Below, one piece after another: positions 58,101 to 64,000 of a stretch of 64,000 nt of DNA (position 1 is its first letter; every line of letters begins with the position of its first letter). The notes below the pieces were generated by a model. The model was given only the letters and a program-made list of their open reading frames with translations, was not told the origin of the DNA and did not search any database. A program made the position numbers and the translations under genes. The DNA is from Candidatus Hydrogenedentota bacterium (GTDB lineage: Bacteria; Hydrogenedentota; Hydrogenedentia; Hydrogenedentales; JAEUWI01). The stretch spans positions 28,964 through 92,963 of the forward strand of contig JACPGE010000056.1 of the NCBI GenBank assembly GCA_016182605.1, written 5' to 3'.

Positions 58101-58705
58101 TGGAGAAGTTCCGCGATTATCAGGAGGGGGAACTGGTCTATCTTGGCGGCATGTTGAGCACGGTGAAGGTGCACGTGACCAAGAAGAACGCGCGCATGGC
58201 CTTTGTGACGCTCGACACCTATGAAGGGCCGGTGGAGATCACCGTCTTCTCGGATACCTTCGAACAAAAGGCCGGACTCTTGCAAACGGATATGATCGTG
58301 ATGATCACGGCGAAGGTCAACTTCCGGAACGATGAACCCGGCCTGCTCGCGCAGGACGTGTTGACCATCGAACAGGCGGAGCGTCAGTTGGCACAGGCGG
58401 TGCACATCCAGGTGCCGGTGGCATGGGGCTCGGGTCCGAAGACACAGCAACTCGCCGAGTTGCTTGGGCGTTACCGAGGGGACTGCGACGTATATCTGCA
58501 TTGCCACACCGCGGACGGCGCCGAGGTGACCGTGCATGCCACCGGCGCGTGTCGCGTGGCCGCGAGCAGGCCCTTGCGCCTCGCCCTGGAAGATATGGTG
58601 GGGGAAGACGCGGTGTGGTTCAGCGCGGGCATGGGCCTGCCGAGCCACCGTCAGCCCAAACCGATCGCCCCGCCCGAGCGCAAGGGGCGCCGGAACGTCG
58701 CGTGA
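55187..58705 (+). CDS. dnaE: DNA polymerase III alpha subunit
   Basis: FVHLHVHSDYSILDGA PHP N-terminus. Polymerase core (GPGRGSGAGS, DFDIDF). OB-fold C-terminus. 1172 aa. Confidence 0.95.
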   Translation: MASNFVHLHVHSDYSILDGACKVYELLDRCKKYGMEACALTDHGNLFGAVEFYQAAKAKGIKPIIGSELYVAPGSRDDKAQKYFGSFNNHFLLLCENVTGYHNLCKLSTAGYLEGYYYKPRVDDTLLAKHHEGLIATTSCLAGRIPQALLNDDRDRAREELLKYIEIFGKENFLVELMSHHMAEQDKVNPILQELAEDHGLMVVATNDCHYIDRSDAEAHEALLCIQTGTTLEDEKRFKFPGPEFYFCSPEEMAEKFAHIPEAVTNTVKVAERCNLEIPLGESLIPEYMPEGGYKAGETPFSYVRELVLTGLEERWNPVPEAYRERAEFELGVIDRMNFVDYFLVVWDLINFANQEGIPVGPGRGSGAGSIVAYALKITNIDPMRYGLLFERFLNPDRVSMPDFDIDFCYNRREEMIEYAYKKYGKNNVSQIITFGRMLAKNVVRNVGRVLGMSYSDVDRIAKLIPDELKIKLSDAVEKEPALKAIIAEDPQVRKLWALAERLEGTIGNCGTHAAGVVICDHDLTDHVALYKAAGSETIATQVEMKCVEEVGLLKMDFLGLRTLTVVHEAVRLIREGRGVSIDINNLECDDEKTYALLRSGQTSGVFQLESSGMRDLAKRIGLQSLEEMSALVALFRPGPMQFIDQYIQGKFQPDSIQYDHPVVKPILEETYGIAVYQEQVMQLVQACAGFSLGQADIVRRAMGKKKKDLLDKQKAMFVEGCEKNGFEKKLAETIWDKIETFAGYGFNKSHSVAYAFVAYQTAYLKANYPVEFMCALLTSESGNLDKVALYVDESRRMGIEVYPPDVNHSQAYFAVDGNAIRFGMGAIKNVGEGPTGALVKEREANGPFADIFDFCSRLDTRLVNRRCIESLNKAGSFLSTGWNRRQVDASLDQALGEGQSAQRDKDAGQFSLFDLEGMEDSVANLHERPDLPEWPQHEVLLFEKEMLGLYISSHPLDDFRLTLRRFSTFSVEKFRDYQEGELVYLGGMLSTVKVHVTKKNARMAFVTLDTYEGPVEITVFSDTFEQKAGLLQTDMIVMITAKVNFRNDEPGLLAQDVLTIEQAERQLAQAVHIQVPVAWGSGPKTQQLAELLGRYRGDCDVYLHCHTADGAEVTVHATGACRVAASRPLRLALEDMVGEDAVWFSAGMGLPSHRQPKPIAPPERKGRRNVA

Positions 58706-58763
58706 GGAGACGGGTATAGGTCATATATTCATATAAGACTTATAGGACCTATTTCGGAGAAGT

Positions 58764-59657
58764 TTAGAAGACAATGCCCAGGATGCCCCAGAGGATGGCA
58801 AACGCAATGCGCAACGCGAAGGCCAGCAAGACGAGGGCGCAGAGGCCCATACCGATCCAGCGGAGCTGAATCCGGTTACGCTGTTCCGGGGGCGCTTCCT
58901 GAAATCGTCGGCGCTCCCGCTCGGTGAAGAGGTGGGCTTCCCGCACGAAGGGATTCTGAGAGGCTTTGACCTTCTCGGTGAACTGTTGCACTTCTTCGCG
59001 GTGGGCAAGTGTGCGCAGGCGTTCGGCAGTTTCGTCTTTCAATTCCGTGGCGCGTTTCTTCAGTTCCTGCACATCGTCCCGTTCCTGCAAGGCCCGGGCG
59101 CGCTCTTTGGCTTCCCGCGCGAGTGCCTCGGCGCGTTCCTTGATCTGCTTGAGCGATTCTTCGCTGCTCAGTTCACTGAGCTTCGAGGCCAGGGCGTCGC
59201 CCGCGGCATGAATCACCGATTCCCTGGAGGGCGGTTCAGAGGTGCCTGCTTCCGGCGTCGTGGCATCCAGGGCGGCCTGTTCCTCTTCGCCGGAGAAGGC
59301 CGATTCCGTGTCCATTTGGGGGAGCAGGCAGTAGGGGCATTCGGCACTGAAACGGTGATACTCCAAATTGCATCGTGCGCACACGGTCTGTTCCGTCGTC
59401 TCCGGGGCCAGGGGCGGGCAGGTCTCCATCCACGCGGCGGCCTGCACGGCGCAATCGGGATGTTTTGCCGCCTCCAAGTAGAGGTAGCGTGCGGTGTCGT
59501 TGGAGCCGCGCTTGTGATAGCAGCGCCCCATGTAGAGGCAGGCCTTTGGCCGGGCTTCCGGCAGGGCCATGAGCGCCTGGAGTATATCCATCGCCTGACC
59601 CGGATAGCCGGAGTCGATGAGCTTCGCGGCGTGTTCGATGCGTTCCTCAATATCCAT
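58764..59657 (-). CDS. TPR-like / zinc-ribbon / coiled-coil protein with C-terminal TM anchor
   Basis: CARC...CPYC ribbon, long charged coiled coil, C-terminal LCALVLLAFALRIAFAILWGILGIVF. Confidence 0.45.
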   Translation of the reverse strand: MDIEERIEHAAKLIDSGYPGQAMDILQALMALPEARPKACLYMGRCYHKRGSNDTARYLYLEAAKHPDCAVQAAAWMETCPPLAPETTEQTVCARCNLEYHRFSAECPYCLLPQMDTESAFSGEEEQAALDATTPEAGTSEPPSRESVIHAAGDALASKLSELSSEESLKQIKERAEALAREAKERARALQERDDVQELKKRATELKDETAERLRTLAHREEVQQFTEKVKASQNPFVREAHLFTERERRRFQEAPPEQRNRIQLRWIGMGLCALVLLAFALRIAFAILWGILGIVF

Positions 59658-59680
59658 AACACCCTATCCTGGCACGGTTT

Positions 59681-61063
59681 TCAGACGAGTTCGACCGCTA
59701 TGCCGGGCTGTTGTATGTGCACACCAGGCAGGCCGGCCTTTTCAAGGGCCTCTTTCAGGGCATGCGCGGCCAGGGGCTCGCCGTGGGAGAGGCAGATACG
59801 CGCACCACAGGATTTGAAGCGCAGGGCGAAATCGATCAGTTCCGCGCGGCCCGCGTGGGCGCTGAATTCGTTCATGATTTTTACATCGGCATTGAGGTCG
59901 TATTCAACGCCGAAGATGCGGATTTGGCGCTGGCGTTCGACGATGCGGCGCCCCAGGGTGTTTTTGGCCTGGAAGCCGATGATGAGAATGGTGTTTTTCG
60001 GATCGCCGCAGTGGTTTTTGATGTGGTGCTGGATGCGGCCGTGCTCGCACATGCCGGCGGCGGAAATAATGATGGCCGGGCCTTTGAGCGAGTTGACGGC
60101 GATGGAGTCCTTCAAGGCGCGGATGTAGCGGATATCGTCGAGGAGGAAGGGGTCGCCCGATTCCTCCATGGTATTGCGGAACTGGCGATCGAAGGACTCG
60201 GTATGAAGGCGGAAGACTTCGGTGATGTTTACCGTGAGGGGACTGTCCACGATGACGGGGATATTCGGGATGGCGTTTTTCATCTGAAGGCGCTTGAGCG
60301 CGTAGACGAGTTCCTGGGCGCGTTCGAGCGCAAAAGCAGGCACAATGATCTTGCCGCCACGCTTCACCGTGGTGTTGATGATTTCTGCCAAGTGGGGCTC
60401 CATCTGGGCCATGGGATCGTGGTCGCGATCGCCGTAGGTGCTTTCCATGAGTACGGAATTGGCCGCGGCGGGCTCCCAGGGATCTTCCAGAATCGACATG
60501 TTTTTCCGGCCGATGTCGCCGGAAAAGATGAAGCGTTTCAGGGCGCCCTTCTCAACGTAGTCCATTTCCACCATGGCGGAGCCGAGAACGTGGCCGGCGT
60601 CGTGAAAGGTGAAGTGGACGTCGTTTCCGAGGGGAAAATGCACATCGTAGGGCACGGAGATGAAGCGCTTCATGATGGCGCGCACGTTGTCCTCATCGTA
60701 GAGGGGCGGCATGAAGGTCATGTTTTTCTTGGAGAGCCATTCGGCGTCGCGCTCCTGAATGCGGGCGCTGTCCAGCAGCATGATGCTGCACAGATCGCGC
60801 GTTGCGGGCGTGGCGTAGACGCAGCCCGTGTAGCCGAATTTTTGAAGCATGGGGAGGAGGCCGCTGTGGTCGATGTGCGCGTGGCTGAGGACGACGGCGT
60901 GGATGGAGTTTACATCGAAATTGAAGTGGCGGTTCTTTTCCCAGGATTCCTGCCGGCGGCCCTGAAAGAGCCCGCAGTCGAGGAGGATGCGCAGGCCGTT
61001 GATCTCGACGATGTGTTTGCTGCCGGTGACTTCGCCGGCGCCGCCAAAAGAGGTTAACTTCAT
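59681..61063 (-). CDS. MBL-fold beta-CASP ribonuclease (RNA-metabolising metallo-beta-lactamase)
   Basis: HAHIDHSG motif 2. Beta-CASP motifs. C-terminal RNA-specificity domain. Confidence 0.8.
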   Translation of the reverse strand: MKLTSFGGAGEVTGSKHIVEINGLRILLDCGLFQGRRQESWEKNRHFNFDVNSIHAVVLSHAHIDHSGLLPMLQKFGYTGCVYATPATRDLCSIMLLDSARIQERDAEWLSKKNMTFMPPLYDEDNVRAIMKRFISVPYDVHFPLGNDVHFTFHDAGHVLGSAMVEMDYVEKGALKRFIFSGDIGRKNMSILEDPWEPAAANSVLMESTYGDRDHDPMAQMEPHLAEIINTTVKRGGKIIVPAFALERAQELVYALKRLQMKNAIPNIPVIVDSPLTVNITEVFRLHTESFDRQFRNTMEESGDPFLLDDIRYIRALKDSIAVNSLKGPAIIISAAGMCEHGRIQHHIKNHCGDPKNTILIIGFQAKNTLGRRIVERQRQIRIFGVEYDLNADVKIMNEFSAHAGRAELIDFALRFKSCGARICLSHGEPLAAHALKEALEKAGLPGVHIQQPGIAVELV

Positions 61064-61638
61064 ACGGAGGCTTCCCTTTCCCGGATCTCGGGTGGATGTT
61101 CGCGAAAGTAGGCGACGCAGCGGTCGATGAGCCGGTCGGGGTCGTCGTCAAAGAGGATGGTCGATCCGGTGTGCTTCTGAATGACGGGGAGAAAGTCGTC
61201 TATGTGATCGGCCACGCCGCCGGTGCCAGTGAGCACACCGATGGGCCGGCCTTCGTCATAGGCGATGGCGAATTCCCCCAGGGTGCCGGAGCGTCCGCCA
61301 ACAATGATCACAATGTCGCAACTGCGCACCCCGATGACTTCGCGGCCCATGAGGCCCGCGCCGGTGTAGATCATGACGTCGATGTGGTCGATGGGGCTGC
61401 CATAGCGCTCGACGTGTTCGCTGATGCCCAGGGCGGGGGAAACGCCAATGGTCAGTCCGCCGGCCTTTTTGCAGCCGATGACGGCCTGGTGGGGGAGTCC
61501 CGGGCAGCCGCCAGTGAGGATGGCGCAGTTATTCCGGGCAATGGCCGCGCCCAGGCGATCACAGCGCGCCAGAAGATCGGGCGCCATGGCCCCGCCCGCG
61601 GATCCCATGACACCTATCTTGATTTTGCTGACGAACAT
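61060..61638 (-). CDS. TIGR00725/LOG-like Rossmann-fold protein
   Basis: IGVMGSAGG...GGCPGL...IVGGRSGTLGEF pattern. 4-nt overlap with the RNase gene. Confidence 0.55.
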   Translation of the reverse strand: MFVSKIKIGVMGSAGGAMAPDLLARCDRLGAAIARNNCAILTGGCPGLPHQAVIGCKKAGGLTIGVSPALGISEHVERYGSPIDHIDVMIYTGAGLMGREVIGVRSCDIVIIVGGRSGTLGEFAIAYDEGRPIGVLTGTGGVADHIDDFLPVIQKHTGSTILFDDDPDRLIDRCVAYFREHPPEIREREASV

Positions 61639-61692
61639 ACGTGCTCCTTCTACTGATGCTCCAAGGTCCGGCGGAAAGTCCAGCGGTTCATG

Positions 61693-63366
61693 TTACGCAA
61701 TAGCGCCACGTTCATCCAGGAGGCTTCGTGCGTGATCGGTGCTGACGCGCGACACGGTGCCATCGAGCAGGCGCGCGATTTCTTCGATGCGCGCTTCTCC
61801 CTCGACGCGGGCCACCTGCGTGATGGTACGCTTTTGGTGAAGCACCTTGCGCACTGTGAAGTGGGTGTCGGCCACTGCGGCGACCTGCGGGATATGGCTA
61901 ATGCAAATCACCTGGTGGGAGTGGGCGAGGCCGCCGAGTTTTACGGCCAGCTTGCGCGCCACTGCGCCGCCCACGCCCGTATCGATCTCGTCGAAGATGA
62001 GGGTGGGTATGCGGTCGGCAGAGGCAAAGACGGTCTTGATGGCCAGCATGATGCGGCTGATCTCGCCGCCGGAGGCCACCTGTTTCAGGGGCTTCATCGC
62101 TTCGCCGCGGTTGGCTGCGAGCATAAAGGCGATTCGGTCCACCCCTGTGGAATTCAGTTCCTGGCGCGTGCGTTCCACTTCAAATTGCGCGCCCTTCATC
62201 TCCAGATCCTGAAGGGCGGCAGTCACCGCTTTTTCCAGTTTGGCGCCCGCTTTCTCGCGTTTCGCCGATAGGGCCTCAGCCCGTTCCATCACTTGCGCGA
62301 GACAGCGCTCGCGCTCTGTGCGCAGGGTCTGGAGGCGTTCATCGCGATTGTCGAATTGGCTGAGTTCGGCTTCGGCCTTATCCCGATAGGCGAGAATATC
62401 GGCCATGGTGGCGCCGTACTTGCGCTTGAGCAGTTGAAACAGGGTGAGGCGGCGGTTCAGGGTCTCAATCTCTTCGGGATCGACTTCGAGGCCTTCCGTG
62501 TACTGGCGGAGATCGGCGGCTACGGCGTCGATGGTATTGCGCGCTTCGCTCAGGAGCACCACGGCGTCCCTGAGCTGCGTGTCATGCTGCTGGATATGGT
62601 CGAGCGCCCGTATGGCGCGGTCGAGCAGGTCGATCGAGGAACCGGATTCGTTCTCGTACAGGGCCAGATACGCCTCTTGGGCGCCCTCAGCGATGCTTTC
62701 CGCATGCGTGACGCGTTGAAGGCGATCGTGGAGGGACTCGGCCTCCTCAATGGTGAAGGCGGCTTCGTCGATTTCATTGACTTCGAAACGCAGAAACTCG
62801 ATGTGGCGCGCGCGCTCCCGGTCGTCGTTTTCCAGGGCGTGGATTTCATGCTCCAGGGCGCGCAGGGCCTGCACCTGGCGCGCCACCTCCTCCACGAGCG
62901 ATTCAAGCTGGCCGTAGGCGTCCAGCAGCGCCAGTTGCCGGTCGGTTTTCAGAAGGGACTGGTGTTCGTGCTGGCCGTGGAGGTCCACCAGTTCATCGCC
63001 GATGGCCGCCAGAACGCCCGCGGGCACGACGACTCCGGAGACAAAGGCTTTGCTGCGTCCATCCGCATTTACGGCGCGGCGGATGATGAGTGCGTCGTCT
63101 TCGAGGGCGAGATCGTGTTCTTCGAGCAGCGCGCGAAGCCGCGGCGCGGGTCTGACGAGCCGGAAGATGGCCTCCACACTGGCGCGTTCGGCGCCTTGAC
63201 GCACGACATCGCTGGAGGCGCGGCCGCCGAGGATGAGCTGCAGTGCGGCGAGCAGGATGGACTTGCCCGCGCCGGTCTCGCCGGTGATGACGTTGAAGCC
63301 GGCGCGGAAATCGATTTCCAGTTCGCTGATGAGGGCGAATTCTTGGACGCGTAACGTTTCAAGCAT
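61693..63366 (-). CDS. recN: DNA repair protein RecN
   Basis: FNVITGETGAGKSIL Walker A. SMC-like coiled coil. C-terminal signature/Walker B. Confidence 0.9.
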   Translation of the reverse strand: MLETLRVQEFALISELEIDFRAGFNVITGETGAGKSILLAALQLILGGRASSDVVRQGAERASVEAIFRLVRPAPRLRALLEEHDLALEDDALIIRRAVNADGRSKAFVSGVVVPAGVLAAIGDELVDLHGQHEHQSLLKTDRQLALLDAYGQLESLVEEVARQVQALRALEHEIHALENDDRERARHIEFLRFEVNEIDEAAFTIEEAESLHDRLQRVTHAESIAEGAQEAYLALYENESGSSIDLLDRAIRALDHIQQHDTQLRDAVVLLSEARNTIDAVAADLRQYTEGLEVDPEEIETLNRRLTLFQLLKRKYGATMADILAYRDKAEAELSQFDNRDERLQTLRTERERCLAQVMERAEALSAKREKAGAKLEKAVTAALQDLEMKGAQFEVERTRQELNSTGVDRIAFMLAANRGEAMKPLKQVASGGEISRIMLAIKTVFASADRIPTLIFDEIDTGVGGAVARKLAVKLGGLAHSHQVICISHIPQVAAVADTHFTVRKVLHQKRTITQVARVEGEARIEEIARLLDGTVSRVSTDHARSLLDERGAIA

Positions 63367-63374
63367 AGGGGCGT

Positions 63375-64000
63375 TCAGGCGCTTCCAGGTGTTTCGATTT
63401 CGACTTGGGGCGGGCCTGGCGCGCGTTCATGGAGATAGGCGACAAACTCCCGATTGCCCGCCGGACCCAACAGGGGAGAGGGTATCACATCCATTTTTTG
63501 AAATCCCAACGATTTTGCGACCGCGGTGACGTTTTCGACAACGGCTTCGTGCACGGCGCTGTCGCGCACCACGCCCCCTTTGCCGACCTGGGCCTTGCCG
63601 GCTTCAAACTGGGGTTTGATCAAGACGGCCCCTTCGCCGCCCGGAGCCAGCAGCGCGGCGAGGGCGGGAAGGATCTTCTCCAGGGAGATGAAGGAGCAAT
63701 CGGCGGTAAAAAACTCGGGCGCCTCGTCGAGCTGGCCGGGGCGGAGGTAACGGACGTTGCAGCGTTCCATGACCACGACGCGGGGGTCTTGGCGCAGGGA
63801 CCAGGCCAACTGGCCATAGCCCACATCCACGGCGTAGACCTTGTGCGCGCCGTGCTGGAGGAGACAATCGGTGAAGCCTCCCGTGGAAGCGCCCGCGTCA
63901 ATACAGACTTTCCCGCTCACGTCCATGGGGAAGGCCTCAAAGGCGGCTTCCAGCTTGTCGCCGCCCCGGCTGACAAATCGCTGTTGCCCTTCGATCCGGA
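63375..64000 (-). CDS. tlyA: TlyA-family rRNA (cytidine-2'-O)-methyltransferase; N-terminus beyond the window end
   Basis: DAGASTGGFTDCLLQHGA FtsJ-like motif. Reading upstream of the track's Met gives ...VSRGGDKLEAAFEAF (TlyA S4-linker motif), so the gene continues past 64000. Confidence 0.8.
   Translation of the reverse strand, partial: RIEGQQRFVSRGGDKLEAAFEAFPMDVSGKVCIDAGASTGGFTDCLLQHGAHKVYAVDVGYGQLAWSLRQDPRVVVMERCNVRYLRPGQLDEAPEFFTADCSFISLEKILPALAALLAPGGEGAVLIKPQFEAGKAQVGKGGVVRDSAVHEAVVENVTAVAKSLGFQKMDVIPSPLLGPAGNREFVAYLHERAPGPPQVEIETPGSA

Noticed and set aside
55565-58648. 1027-aa minus-strand ORF
   Set aside because: Antisense to dnaE.
1-64000. tRNA / rRNA genes
   Set aside because: No T-arm (GGTTCGAATCC-like) or rRNA-like conserved stretches were recognised by eye. 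The absence is not definitive without tRNAscan/Infernal.

Overview
High-GC (~65-68%) chromosomal window from a PVC-type bacterium, most likely Planctomycetota or Verrucomicrobiota. The taxonomic call rests on four gene families typical of those phyla: a DUF1501 + PSCyt/DUF1549/DUF1553 gene pair, a DUF1559 (H-X9-DG) prepilin-like protein, a 'membrane-bound dehydrogenase' giant protein carrying the PVC-type CxxCH heme domain, and an ECF sigma factor fused to a giant extracytoplasmic domain. Housekeeping genes present: partial Fe-alcohol dehydrogenase, HAD hydrolase, PHP histidinol-phosphatase, ilvC, PP2C phosphatase, exbB/exbD/tonB-like, argB, beta-carbonic anhydrase, DtxR-family repressor, a sugar-catabolic trio (cupin isomerase, xylose-isomerase-like TIM barrel, Gfo/Idh/MocA), GH2 hydrolase, cinA, dnaE, beta-CASP RNase, recN and partial tlyA. 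Accessory content: (i) a ~5 kb low-GC (~45-52%) island at ~37.7-42.65 kb carrying a trypsin-like protease, a decayed DNA methyltransferase, a 440-aa protein with no recognisable motif and a HEPN/MNT toxin-antitoxin pair, bounded by identical 24-bp hairpin direct repeats; (ii) a REP-associated tyrosine transposase (RAYT) flanked by REP hairpins, including a ~160-bp x 2.6 tandem array; (iii) unusual fusions: cytochrome c-PSCyt1 + copper monooxygenase-like protein coupled to a redoxin gene, and desulforedoxin + CmcI-like methyltransferase. No rRNA, tRNA or CRISPR array was recognised. All coordinates derive from the supplied ORF track plus codon offsets; functional calls come from motif recognition by eye and are not database-verified. 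The ORF track translates GTG/TTG starts as M.
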